Below are positions 28,310 to 38,899 of a stretch of DNA of 64,000 nt, piece by piece. The stretch is taken from NCBI GenBank assembly GCA_963836075.1, contig CAWIIB010000001.1:1152001-1216000 (forward strand), read 5' to 3'. The notes below the pieces were generated by a model that had not been told where the DNA came from, ran no database searches, and saw nothing but the letters and a program-made list of their open reading frames with translations. This DNA comes from an uncultured Acidobacteriota bacterium. Its GTDB lineage: Bacteria > Acidobacteriota > JAQAZP01. The stretch's first letter is position 1. Each line of letters starts with the position of its first letter. The translations under genes and the position numbers were made by a program.

Positions 28310-29071
28310 ATGAGAGTTAAAAAGCTGAAATTCCCCGGGAGTCTCGATAATCTCCGGCTGGGCGCCCAGCTGGATCTTCCCCGAGAGGGTGCGCCCCGGG
28401 CCTACGCACTCTTTGCCCACTGCTTCACCTGCACCAAAGACCTCAAGGCGGTCTACCACATCGACCAGGCCCTCACCGGTGAGGGGATCGCCGTATTCCG
28501 TTTTGACTTCACCGGCCTCGGGGAGAGCGAGGGTGATTTCTCGGCCACCACCTTCTCGTCCAACGTGGGCGATCTGGTGGCCGCAGCCCGGTATATGGAG
28601 GAAACCCTGGAAGCCCCCCGGGTGCTCATCGGGCATTCGCTGGGCGGGGCCGCCGTGCTCAAGGCCGCCCTGGAGGTCCCCTCCTGCCGTGCGGTGGCCA
28701 CCATCGCCGCGCCGGCCGAACCGGGGCAGGTCAGCCGGCGGCTGGTCACCGCCCGGGAGGAGGCGGACCGCACCGGTGAAGCCGCGATCACGCTGGGGGG
28801 AAGGACCTTCCGTATCCGCAAGGAGTTCTTCGACGACCTGGAGGAGAGCCGGATGGAGCAGACACTCCGCGAGCTGGACCGGGCGCTGCTGGTCTTCCAC
28901 TCGCCGCTGGACGACGTGGTGGGGATCGACAGTGCGGCGAAGATCTTCACCATGGCCCGGCACCCCAAGAGTTTCATCTCCCTTGACCGGGCAGACCACC
29001 TGCTGACCGACGAAGCGGATGCCAGGTATGTGGGGGCCATGGTGGCCACCTGGGCCGGAAAATATATCTGA
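28310..29071 (+). CDS. alpha/beta hydrolase (type often fused to OsmC)
   Basis: AHCFTC, RFDFTGLGESEG, GHSLGG, HSPLDD, ADHLL. Confidence 0.9.
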   Translation: MRVKKLKFPGSLDNLRLGAQLDLPREGAPRAYALFAHCFTCTKDLKAVYHIDQALTGEGIAVFRFDFTGLGESEGDFSATTFSSNVGDLVAAARYMEETLEAPRVLIGHSLGGAAVLKAALEVPSCRAVATIAAPAEPGQVSRRLVTAREEADRTGEAAITLGGRTFRIRKEFFDDLEESRMEQTLRELDRALLVFHSPLDDVVGIDSAAKIFTMARHPKSFISLDRADHLLTDEADARYVGAMVATWAGKYI

Positions 29072-29110
29072 AGCCGCCGCTGGATCCAACACCAAAATAA
29101 TGGCTGAACT

Positions 29111-29467
29111 GACAAGGTCAAGGGGCGGCTGATGGGTACCGCCACGCCGGCGGTGGAGACCGACGGTTCGGGTCAACTGGGCTACAGCATTTTCCAGCAG
29201 GGCGCAGGCCTGATCAACGCCTACGAGGGGATTCACGGTTCCGGCTTCTTCACCGCCAACGAGGGCCTGGACGTCAGCCTCGACCTGGACGGCGTGCAGC
29301 ACTACGGCGGCCTGGCCAACTGCACCGAAGACGGTGTCTACTACATCATGGGGCTGGAAGGCGAGGCCTTCGAGTGGGACAGCAGCAGTTCCTGGTCCAC
29401 CGGCTACATGTGGAGCGACGGTCTCAGCGAAACCATGTCGATCAACTCCTGGGTCTGGCAGGAATAG
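29111..29467 (+). pseudogene. orphan C-terminal fragment of an S8 subtilase
   Basis: DKVKGRLMGTA...QQGAGLINAY is the post-catalytic subtilase segment; in-frame TGA at 29105-29107; no D/H/S catalytic region upstream. Confidence 0.6.
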
Positions 29468-29491
29468 GGATTTCTGAAACTCGACGGCACT

Positions 29492-29518
29492 ATCGGGGGC
29501 AGTCAGACTGCCCCCGAT
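29492..29518. repeat. perfect inverted repeat between convergent genes
   Basis: ATCGGGGGCAGTC-A-GACTGCCCCCGAT. Confidence 0.7.
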
Positions 29519-29604
29519 CCTTGTACTCTCGCAGGCACATAACACACCCGTCTATGCCACGGAGGGTTTCCTCCATGCGCACGCGCGGTTCGGAGCTGGA
29601 ACCG

Positions 29605-30345
29605 TCATTGCCGGAGTCGTTCTCGCAGCAGGCTGTACTTGATGAAGACGCTGTTGGCCGACTGACGGGCCATCTGCCAGCCGATGACGCCGGAGCAGAT
29701 CCAGCCGTGCAGCAGGTAGTCGCGGAGGAAGGCCGCGCCCGGGCGTAGCAACAGGTCCGGCAGTCTCGCCCGCCGGCCCCGGGCCTCGGCCTGCCCGGCC
29801 CACAGTTCGGCGTAGCGGATCTGGCGTGTAAACATGTCGTGCCAGTCACGGTAAGAGTCATGGCGCAGTCGTCCGGGCAGGCGGCCGACGCGATCGGCCT
29901 GCACTGACTCGTGAATGCTGCCGTCGCTGAACCCGGCACGGCGACGGTCGTAGAGCCGCACCTGCCACTCGCGCGCCCATGGCCAGTGATGTAGGGGTTT
30001 GCCCTGAATGAAGTTTTCACGCCACACGGCATAGGCCGGGTGCGGCAGCTCAGCGGGCAGGTTCTGCACTGCAGCAGCGAGCACCGGATCCACCCGCTCG
30101 TCGGCATCGATGTTGAGAATCAGGTCATTGCGGGCCAGTTCTGCGGCCCGGTTCTTCTGCGACCCGTAGCCGAGCCATTCCTGTTGCACCACCCGGGCAC
30201 CGGCGCGCCCGGCAGCGGCAACGGTGTCGTCATCAGAACCAGAGTCCACCACCAGCACCTCGTCGGCCCAGTGGACGGCCGCCAGTGTTTCGGCGATACG
30301 GTCGGCCTCGTTGAGCGTGATGATGGTGACGGTGACGGCTGCCAT
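29605..30345 (-). CDS. GT2 glycosyltransferase (LPS-core beta-1,4-glucosyltransferase-like)
   Basis: IITLNE, VVDSGSDDDT, GYGSQKN, IDADE, IHE. Confidence 0.88.
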   Translation of the reverse strand: MAAVTVTIITLNEADRIAETLAAVHWADEVLVVDSGSDDDTVAAAGRAGARVVQQEWLGYGSQKNRAAELARNDLILNIDADERVDPVLAAAVQNLPAELPHPAYAVWRENFIQGKPLHHWPWAREWQVRLYDRRRAGFSDGSIHESVQADRVGRLPGRLRHDSYRDWHDMFTRQIRYAELWAGQAEARGRRARLPDLLLRPGAAFLRDYLLHGWICSGVIGWQMARQSANSVFIKYSLLRERLRQ

Positions 30346-30348
30346 GAC

Positions 30349-31431
30349 TCACGCTCCCAGGGTTTTGCGGTAGCAGACGCGGTGGGCGGCCACCAGGCGG
30401 TCGATATGATACCGTTCGCGGGCAACGGCCCGGGCTCGTTTACCGGCCTGCGCACGCCACTGTGCATCGCCGACCGCACGGACCAGGCCGGCAGCCAGGG
30501 CTTCGGCATCACCGGACGGAACCACCAGGCCGGTCTTGCCGTCGTCCACCAGTTCGGGCAGGCCGCCGGCATCGCTGACCACGCAGGGCAACCCGCTCCA
30601 GAGGGCCACCTGGGCGGCCGAACCCAGACCTTCACTCAGTGAAGGCTGAACCGCAAGCTCCACGGCGTTCACCAGGTCGGGCAGATCGTTGCGGTGGCCG
30701 AGAAACGAGCATCGCGGGGGTGCATCGGCCTCGAAAGAGGCGCGGAGGCCCCCCTCACCGGCCAGCAGCAGGTGAGCCTGGGGAACGATCTCAGCCACCC
30801 GGCGCCAGGCCTCAAGCAGGACGGCATGTCCTTTCTCGGCAGTGAACGCGGCCATACAGAGCACGGCGATGGTGTCATCGGCCAGGCCGAACTCTGTGCG
30901 GATGGCGTCGCGGTCCCGGGTGGGTGCCAGGCCCCCGGGGTCCACACCGTCGGGGATCACATCAATGCGATCGGCATTCACCCCACCATCGACCAGGACC
31001 TGGCGCACAGCACGTGAAACAGCGATGAAGCGGGCCACCCGTAATCCGTATTTGCGCCGGGCCCACCAGCCGCGGCCGATGGTGAATGTGACCTTGCGGC
31101 TGACCACCACCGGCACCGCCAGGCCCAGGGTGGCGATCAATCCGGCACTATGGGTATTGGGGGTGTGGGCGTGAACCAGGTCGACATCGCGGCGGGCGGC
31201 ACGGCGGATGGCGCGAATGAGCCGCGGGTCAAGACCGCCGGAACAGTGTACCGCCAGGTGCGGCAGACCGTCCGCGGCCGCGCGCCGGTGCAGGTCACCG
31301 TCGGCACGGCAAAGCACCGTGCACCGGACATCGCTGTCGCGCAGACCTCGCGCCAGCAGAAGCAGTTGGTGCTCGCCGCCGCGCCAGCCACGCTCGGTGT
31401 TGCAGGCCAGAATGTGAATGGGCTCGCTCAT
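30349..31431 (-). CDS. GT4 glycosyltransferase
   Basis: WRGGEHQ, EKGH, PSLSEGLG, GGLPELV. Confidence 0.9.
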   Translation of the reverse strand: MSEPIHILACNTERGWRGGEHQLLLLARGLRDSDVRCTVLCRADGDLHRRAAADGLPHLAVHCSGGLDPRLIRAIRRAARRDVDLVHAHTPNTHSAGLIATLGLAVPVVVSRKVTFTIGRGWWARRKYGLRVARFIAVSRAVRQVLVDGGVNADRIDVIPDGVDPGGLAPTRDRDAIRTEFGLADDTIAVLCMAAFTAEKGHAVLLEAWRRVAEIVPQAHLLLAGEGGLRASFEADAPPRCSFLGHRNDLPDLVNAVELAVQPSLSEGLGSAAQVALWSGLPCVVSDAGGLPELVDDGKTGLVVPSGDAEALAAGLVRAVGDAQWRAQAGKRARAVARERYHIDRLVAAHRVCYRKTLGA

Positions 31432-31458
31432 GGGCCTCTGTCTCACCGTCAGCGGTGC

Positions 31459-34225
31459 TCAGTCGCTCAGGGCCGGTGAATAACAACCGGTGACTGACTC
31501 ACCGCCACCTTCGAGCCACTTGAAGCGCACCTGCTGCTCCTCGCTCACCGGCAGGCCGTCGGCGTTGAGGATCCGCAGGAGCAGGACATACGCCTCCCCT
31601 CCTTCCATCTCCTCGACGGCGGGCAGGGGCACGTCATAGTCAGTACCGCGCCGTCATGAACGGTGTTTCCTGCACCGCCGTTGGCTCACCCAGCGAAAAC
31701 CGGGTAAAACCGACGGTCTCGTCGGCCTTGATCCCGCCGTCTTGCCGGAGATCAGCACGCAGCATAAGGCCCTCGGTGTATTGAAGGTCGCTGTACAGAC
31801 GCAACATCCAGCATGGCAGCGGTGGGGCGCCGGGCGCCGGCTCGGCCCCGGTGTTGACCAACAGGTCACCGCCCTTGAGCCGGGAGCTGGAGGGCTCGAC
31901 GAAATTGTCGCCCTTCCACTGCCGGCCGGCCCTGACATGTTCCTGCTCGAGGTCACTCCGGTCCTCCGCCTTGCCGCGGGTTTCCGACAGCGCAGCCTCC
32001 ATGGCATCGATGATGCCCAACGGGGATGGGTGCTCGTAGACGATTCCATTGGTCACCGTGACCGGCCGCAGCATCTCGTCGATGAACAGTTCGTAGTGGT
32101 AGCCAACCTCCGCTCCGACGTCCTGCCGGCCGATCCGCACCATCAGGGCCTGTATCAGGGCGATGTCCTTCCAGGAGTCGAAGCTCCTGGTCAGGGACCT
32201 CAGGCTGTTGCCTCCCAGGGCCAGGGCCTGCAGATATTTGAACCTCTTCACCTCGCGGCGGGCCAGCCGGTATCGCTCCCCGGGGGAGAGGGGCTTTCCC
32301 TTCAACGTAAGGTCCACAAACACCGGTTGCTCGTCCGCTGAGCGACGGTTTTTCCTGACCTGCCGCTTCCATGCTTTGCGTTTCGCCTCGCTGCTCCAGG
32401 CGTCACGATGCTCGGCACCCAGCAGGATGTGGGCCAGTTCGGTCCATACGTCATCCTCGGTGGCGGCGGCCATTCGTTCGATGTGTTCGCCGTCGAAGGA
32501 GAGACGAAGGTTGAGGACGAAACGGGTGCTCAGATCCTCGTCCACCCGGGCCAGTTCATCGAGCACCGGGTGGGGTTCCCAGTCAATCACACGGGACAGG
32601 AGCCCGGATGTCCGCCGGACCTGCCTGCCGCCGGCGAAGTCGTCCCGTACACTGGTCAGCAGTGTCACAGCGGTGATCCCCTCCTTGCCCCCGATTTCAA
32701 GGGGATCTCCTTCCATGGCAATCAGAGTCTTTCCTTCCTGATCGAATGTATTGGACTGGGAACGAGCGAGAAATTGCAGGTGGCTTTTCTTCCTCTTCCC
32801 GAAATTCTTTCGATAGTATCGGTTGCGGCTGCGGACGACTTCCAGTCTCGCCTCGCCCCCGGTGTTGACGACGTCAGTGGAGGCGGTTCGCAGATCGATT
32901 TTCTTAAACCATTGAAAAAAGCGCGTGCGGTTGTAGCTGGTGCGATCTTTCCCCCGTCGTGCCTCGGTGCGCAGGACCTCCGCGCCCTCCCGCTGCACCG
33001 CCGCTTCGGCCAGCGGCCGCATTTTCACTCGAGTGCCCTCGCCCAGCAGCGCCTTGAAACAGGCCATGCCCCGTTCATCGTTGAGGTCGATACGGTAGGC
33101 GATATCGTAGGTGGGCCCCCGGGCATTGCCGTAAATCTGTTCGAAAAAGGTGTAGCCGAGCTTCAGGATGCCGAGGATGCGGACCTCCGGCCGGATCTTC
33201 AACGGGGTGAACTCGTTACCCCTGGACAGGGCGGTGCGCACCTGCACCGTCACGTGGCCATTGGCCTCCTTGACGATGGTGGTTTCGCGAAACAACCGGT
33301 AGTAGAAACTGTAGGTGGACTTTATACCGTATTTTTCCACGCCGATGGCGAGCGGTGTCAAACCGAGGAAGGTGACCTGGCGCACCAGGTCGCCGGGCCC
33401 CATCCGCGTGTCACCGGCGATGAACAGTGCCGAATCCACCGGGATTTCCAGGTCGATGAACAGGGTCATGGGGTCGGCGTAGTGCTCGAAAAAGATGGCC
33501 GACTGCTCGGTGTCCACCACCTTCCGGCCAACGCTGTCCGAGATCCAGCGGATCAACCCGGCCAGTCCCTCCACGCTGAGCCGCACCAGGCTGCGGTCAC
33601 TATCCTCCGGCCTGGCCCGTCTGATGGACTCCAGATCGCACTTCGGGTCGTCCAGGACTTCCGCCAGAGGCCTGTCACCGATCTGCAGCGGATGGTGGAT
33701 GCGGCCCAGGGTGAGGCTGGTGCCGCCTTCCACGCGCACACCGATGCCGCCCAGATCTTCGAAAAAACCGGGCACATAGTTGTAACTCATGCGGCCGCGG
33801 GAGATCAGCGTCTGCAGATCGAGGTAGCGGGACAGGTCATCGCCGGTGACCGTGCCGCCACGCGGGACTTCACGGTGCAGCGGCAGTACGCGGCGGTAGA
33901 AACTGTTGTCCCAGTCCAGTTCGACGTTGTCGGTGCTGTAGCCCAGCCCCAGGGTGATATCGCCCAGGTCGCGGTAGAGGGCGCCGCCGGCCTCCTGCTC
34001 GAAGAGTGCATCGTTGACCCGCTGCCAGAGACGCGAACTGGTGGACCCCTTGAAGCTGCCGATCCGCTCCCAGCCCTCTTCAAAAACCGTATCGCGATCG
34101 AGCTCGTCGTACACACCTTGTGCGGCGGCCGGGGACAGAACGAAGAGGAGGGTGAACAGAGTCAGAACAAGGACAGCCAGAAAGACCCTGATCCCCAATT
34201 CCAACTCATTTTTAAATTGCATCAT
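31459..34225 (-). CDS. large secreted hypothetical protein, apparent +1 frameshift at ~31642
   Basis: Signal peptide (..LSPAAAQ). The 861-aa ORF stops at 31640, but the +1 frame continues DYDVPLPAVEEMEGGEAYVLLLRILNADGLPVSEEQQVRFKW to TGA at 31459. Confidence 0.7.
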
Positions 34226-34361
34226 GTGAATGTATTTCAGTCCACCGAGGCCCTGATCCCGGGTTCTTCATACTCCAGCGGGAGTGCGGTCTGGTCTAGG
34301 GAAAATGCCATTTTTCAGGATCGGTGTATCTGAAGAAGTATATGGATTGCCTGCTGTATCG

Positions 34362-35477
34362 TCAATCTTGCGCAGATGCCGAGACAGCCGCCATCGGGGT
34401 CTGGTACCCTTGTTCTTCGCCGCTGGAGGCACAGAGATGGTCCAAACGGTTTTCCGGGGCCAGACGCAGGCCGATGGCCGCGTACCGTTCACCCAGTTCC
34501 TCATCCTCCGGCGAGACCCAGAGGTTGGGGTCCAGGAGGTAGACGCTGCAATACTCCTCGAGCTTGGCGTGCATAACGCGCTCCAGGGTGGGGTTCCAGT
34601 AGGACGGATTGAGCGCCTCGTCCCAGTAGTCGTTGACATGATCGGCCCAGGTAAAGGGGCGGACGACCTCGGCACGCCCGTCCCTGAACCGGACGATTCG
34701 TGATTTTCCGGGGATGATGCCGTCCTCGAACAGGCTGCGGTAGAAGAGATACCCCTCCCAGTTGGCCACCAGGTCGGCATTGGAGTAGACCGAAGTGGTC
34801 AACCGGCCAAAAATCCAGCGCTCGTTGAACCGGCCCCGGTTGGCGATCCGCTCCTCGCTCCAGCCCTTCAGATGACTGCGAAAGTATTTGAACCCCTGGG
34901 AAAAAAAATGACCGAGCTTGTCGGTGCCGGTGAGGCTGCCGGCGAGTTTTATCGTCCGGGCGACGCCAAAGAGGAAGATGACCGGTGATGCCCTGAAGGG
35001 CGCATCGGAGTAAATGTTTTCCCGCTTCGTCTGGGGCAGTCTTTCGATGTCGGGAGACTCCATGGCCAGCCGTTCGATACGGTCGACCCAGTGAGCGCCG
35101 CCCAGCGTGCGCCACACTTCAGTGGCAAACCGCCGCCGGTCCTCGGGCCCGTCCCATTCGGAGGCGATGCGAAGGATCGCCTCGTTCACCGCATTGTCGA
35201 GAACAACGATGGAATCCGAGATGGGTACCAGCCGGTTGGAATACTGGTCACTCTCAAAGGCCCGGGACAGCGATACCGGCCAGAGCAACGCCGGGAGGAG
35301 TGCAAAAATCAGCAGCCGTGCGCACCGCCGGAACAGCGGACCCGGGCATCGGATCCGCGGCAAAGCCTCGCTGACCACCATCGACTTTCGCTGCCCCTGC
35401 ACGGACATCGATGCCACCCCATTATGTTCGGTCCCATAACGCAGCTCTCCGAAAGTCTGCCCATAAACTGATACCAT
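34362..35477 (-). CDS. secreted hypothetical protein
   Basis: Signal-like RRCARLLIFALLPALLWPVSLSRA; enzyme-like motifs GTDKLGHFFSQG and YSNADLVANWEG; start uncertain. Confidence 0.75.
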   Translation of the reverse strand: MVSVYGQTFGELRYGTEHNGVASMSVQGQRKSMVVSEALPRIRCPGPLFRRCARLLIFALLPALLWPVSLSRAFESDQYSNRLVPISDSIVVLDNAVNEAILRIASEWDGPEDRRRFATEVWRTLGGAHWVDRIERLAMESPDIERLPQTKRENIYSDAPFRASPVIFLFGVARTIKLAGSLTGTDKLGHFFSQGFKYFRSHLKGWSEERIANRGRFNERWIFGRLTTSVYSNADLVANWEGYLFYRSLFEDGIIPGKSRIVRFRDGRAEVVRPFTWADHVNDYWDEALNPSYWNPTLERVMHAKLEEYCSVYLLDPNLWVSPEDEELGERYAAIGLRLAPENRLDHLCASSGEEQGYQTPMAAVSASAQD

Positions 35478-35708
35478 AGCATATCAGTGTTCCAAGACAT
35501 TCTGTTCTCTGAAATCAATGCGGCAGAAAGCCTCACGGCGGCGCACCGGCACGTGTCACGACCTCAGTGAACGAGGACCGGACACGGAGAACTATTTACA
35601 GTGAGTTCCAGTTATTATGAAATACGCATAAAGAATGATATAAGCGACCCATCACGATTGCCGGCACGGGTGCGCCGGCCCGTCGGACCTTCTCGAGAGA
35701 GCTTGACC

Positions 35709-36668
35709 ATGCGCAGCACAACACTGGCCGTGACCGGGGCAGGGGGTTTCATCGGTACCTCGCTGGTCCGCGTGCTGGCTGGACACGGCCGGTCCGTTCG
35801 GGCCCTGCTGGGGCCTCCGGGCTCCGGCAGTGAGCCCGCACTCCAGGGGGTGGAAACATGCCGCGCCGAGATCGATGATCCCCGGGCGATGGGCAAGCTG
35901 GTGGACGGTGCCGGTGTGGTGGTTCACCTGGCTGGACTTCCCTCGGTGGCCGATTCGTTCCGGCGCCCGGCCGAACACGCGAGGGTTCATGTGGTGGGCA
36001 CGGCGACACTCCTCGAGGCGTGCCGCAATGCCGGGGTGCAGCGGTTCATCTACATCTCATCGGCGGAGGTCTACGGCCAACCGGAAGCCGATCAGGTTTC
36101 CGAATCACATCGCCTGCAGGCCCGGTCGCCATATGCCGCGGCGAAGATCTGCGCGGAGCAGTTCATCCGGGCCCATGTGAGGAGCGGTGCGGGGGAGGCC
36201 GTGGTGCTGCGACCTTTTTCGGTCTACGGTCCGGGGCAGGCGGCGGGGAGTCTTCTGGACACCATCATTTACCAGGCCGGGAGCGCAGACCGCGTGTGCC
36301 TCTTCGATCTGGGGCCCGTGCGCGACTATTGCCATGTGGGTGACGTGTGCGACGCCATTCATCGCGCCGTCTCGGCACCGATTCCGAATCCATTCAGGGT
36401 ATACAACATCGGTTCCGGCCGCGGCGTTTCGGTCAGGGAACTGGCTGAACTGACCCTGGAAGCCCTTGGCCTGACCCGCGAGATCGTCGATCAGGGTAAG
36501 CACGACCGGCCGGCCGGAGCAGATATCCGGCGGCTCGTCGCCGATCCCGGGCGGGCGGCCCGCGAACTGAACTGGCGCAGCGGCACCAGTCTCCGCCAGG
36601 GGCTTCAAGCGACCATAGGACAACTGAACCCGGCAAATCAGGACAGCGGTTCCGGAGGCACCCTATGA
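35709..36668 (+). CDS. NAD-dependent epimerase/dehydratase (extended SDR)
   Basis: TGAGGFIG, HLAG, SSAEVYG, YAAAK, YGPGQ, RDYCHV. Confidence 0.92.
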   Translation: MRSTTLAVTGAGGFIGTSLVRVLAGHGRSVRALLGPPGSGSEPALQGVETCRAEIDDPRAMGKLVDGAGVVVHLAGLPSVADSFRRPAEHARVHVVGTATLLEACRNAGVQRFIYISSAEVYGQPEADQVSESHRLQARSPYAAAKICAEQFIRAHVRSGAGEAVVLRPFSVYGPGQAAGSLLDTIIYQAGSADRVCLFDLGPVRDYCHVGDVCDAIHRAVSAPIPNPFRVYNIGSGRGVSVRELAELTLEALGLTREIVDQGKHDRPAGADIRRLVADPGRAARELNWRSGTSLRQGLQATIGQLNPANQDSGSGGTL

Positions 36669-38839
36669 ACACTCGCATTCTGATCACCGGCGGTCAGGGT
36701 TTTATCGGCAGATACCTTGCGGCACACTGGCTCGAAGAGGATCAGCAGGCGCTGGTGATGTGCCTCGGCCGTTCAGGGCGAATGGACGACCGCTTCACCC
36801 ACCGGGTAAACCGGGGGGACATCTCCGTGCCCGCCCCGCTGCCCGCCGATTTATGCGCGGCCTTGAGCACCAACCGCTACCGCTACACCGCCCTGGACCT
36901 GCTGGACTCGCCGGCACTGAAACAGCTGAACAAGGAGTTCCGGCCCACGGTGGTCATCCATCTGGCCGGTGCCCTTCGCGATGACCCGCCGGACAGGCTC
37001 TTCCGCACCAACGTGGAAGCCACTGTTTCGCTGATCGAGTCCGTGGTGGGCTCCGGCATTTCACAACCGCTGATGATCTTCGGCTCCTCGGGCGGCGTAT
37101 ACGGAACTCCGGCGGAAGACGATCTGCCCCTCGTGGAGACGGGAACCGGCCAGCCGGTGGACCTCTATTCGGCCAGCAAGCTCGCCGCGGAACATGTTTC
37201 CCGCATTCTGTGCCAACGCTACCGGCTTCCCGCCATCTGGGCCCGGATATTCAACGTTGTGGGTCCCGGTCAGGAGGAGCGACACTTTTGCGGGCGGGTG
37301 GCGGCCCAGGCGGCGGCCATCGCCGCCGGGGTGATGAACAGCGTTCTGGAGGTTGGCACCCTGGATACAACCCGTGACTTCATCGACGTTCGGGATGTGG
37401 CCCGGGCCCTGACCTGTCTGGCGGAAAAAGGGACACCGGGCGACGTGTACAACCTCGCCAGCGGTGAGGAGACACCAATCGAGCGGGTGCTGAGGGATAC
37501 CCTGCGGCTGGCCGGTCTGGAGGGACGCGTGGACATCCGGACCCTGCCCGGCCGGCCGGCTGACATTCCCAGACATTTTGGATCGATCCAGCGGATTCGG
37601 GCCCTGGGGTATTCGCCCCGGCACCCCCTTGCAGGCAGCCTGCAGGATGTCCTCGATTACTACCGCCACGATGTCCGGTCAGCAGCCCGCCGGTCCAGTG
37701 AAGCCGGCCCCGAGGACCGCCGGTCGCTGGAGGTGTGCGTCTCAGCGAAACACACCTGTCCGGTGGCCATCGAGCCGGGGCTGATGGCTGAGCTGCCCCG
37801 GCGCCTGATCAATCGTTTTCCCTGCGCCCGTATGGTGGTGCTCACCGACACCCGGGTTGGTGGTCTCTATGCTGAGGACCTGGCGCAGCGGATGGAGTCC
37901 GCGGGGATTAACACCGGCCTGGTGATTCTGCCCGAGGGGGAGGCCTCAAAAACCTTTGAGCAGTTTCATCGCCTTATCGCCGAACTCCACGACCTCGATT
38001 TCGACCGCCGTGCCGTGCTGGTCAACGTGGGCGGCGGGGTGGTCACCGATACCGGCGGTTTCGTTGCCGCAACCTATATGCGCGGTGTGGCCTACGTCAA
38101 TGTGCCCACCACCCTGCTGGCCCAGCACGATGCGGCCGTGGGGGGCAAGGTGGCGGTGAACACGGACTGGGCCAAGAACTTTTGCGGCGCGTTCCATCAA
38201 CCGTGCGCCGTGTTCGCCGACCCGTGCGTCCTGAGCTCCCTCGAGGACCGCGAGATCTCAGCCGGTGTGGCCGAAGCGATCAAGGTCGCCATCACCGGTG
38301 AACCGGCGCTGTTCGAACTGCTGGAGCGCTCGTCCCGGAGCATCCGGGCCGAGCGTGACCCGGAGGTGCTGGCCCGAATGCTCCGGCTTGCCGTGTCCCG
38401 CAAGATCGCATTGCTCCAGCCGGATCCATACGAAGTCGATCTTCGGCGCGTGCTGAACCTCGGACACACCTTCGGGCACCCGCTGGAAACCGAACTGACC
38501 TATTGCGGGATCCGGCACGGCGAGGCCGTCGGTTTCGGCATCGCCGTGGCCACCGAGGTGGCCACGGCCCGGGGGGTGTGCGAAGGGATGGCCGCCCGCC
38601 GGATTCTCCAACTCCTGAAAACGTATGATCTCCCGCCACACGTGCCCCGTTCCCGGTTGATGGCGGCATGCCGCCGTCTGAGGGAGATCCGGCTGGTCCG
38701 CGGCGGCAAGCTGCTTTTCGTCCTTCCCACCGGGATATCCTCGGTGCAGATCGTGGATGAGGTGGGTGATGATGAAATTCTGGCGGCCATCGAACGACTG
38801 GCCGTCGATCCGCTGCTCGCCTGCTGCGTCGAGGGCTGA
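36665..38839 (+). CDS. fusion: extended SDR + sugar-phosphate cyclase (DHQS-fold, probably sedoheptulose-7-P cyclase)
   Basis: N-half TGGQGFIG, YSASK, RIFNVVGPGQ, RDFIDVRD. C-half GEASK, GGGVVTD, RGVAYVNVPTTLLAQHDAAVGGK, KN, EAIK, LNLGHTFGH, HGEAV. Confidence 0.88.
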   Translation: MNTRILITGGQGFIGRYLAAHWLEEDQQALVMCLGRSGRMDDRFTHRVNRGDISVPAPLPADLCAALSTNRYRYTALDLLDSPALKQLNKEFRPTVVIHLAGALRDDPPDRLFRTNVEATVSLIESVVGSGISQPLMIFGSSGGVYGTPAEDDLPLVETGTGQPVDLYSASKLAAEHVSRILCQRYRLPAIWARIFNVVGPGQEERHFCGRVAAQAAAIAAGVMNSVLEVGTLDTTRDFIDVRDVARALTCLAEKGTPGDVYNLASGEETPIERVLRDTLRLAGLEGRVDIRTLPGRPADIPRHFGSIQRIRALGYSPRHPLAGSLQDVLDYYRHDVRSAARRSSEAGPEDRRSLEVCVSAKHTCPVAIEPGLMAELPRRLINRFPCARMVVLTDTRVGGLYAEDLAQRMESAGINTGLVILPEGEASKTFEQFHRLIAELHDLDFDRRAVLVNVGGGVVTDTGGFVAATYMRGVAYVNVPTTLLAQHDAAVGGKVAVNTDWAKNFCGAFHQPCAVFADPCVLSSLEDREISAGVAEAIKVAITGEPALFELLERSSRSIRAERDPEVLARMLRLAVSRKIALLQPDPYEVDLRRVLNLGHTFGHPLETELTYCGIRHGEAVGFGIAVATEVATARGVCEGMAARRILQLLKTYDLPPHVPRSRLMAACRRLREIRLVRGGKLLFVLPTGISSVQIVDEVGDDEILAAIERLAVDPLLACCVEG

Positions 38840-38899
38840 CCGCTGTCCGGTTCCACCGGGCCGAACGATTTCCGAACCACTGATAACGAGGACCCCATT

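Noticed and set aside
31634-31645. Selenocysteine or stop readthrough at TAC TGA, or a prfB-like programmed shift
   Set aside because: A second in-frame TGA follows two codons later, the continuation is in the +1 frame, and there is no CTT TGA site or obvious internal SD.
37720-38839. Calling the cyclase domain housekeeping aroB
   Set aside because: It lacks the DKK motif, is fused to an SDR and sits among sugar-tailoring genes; no symbol assigned until a phylogeny is run.
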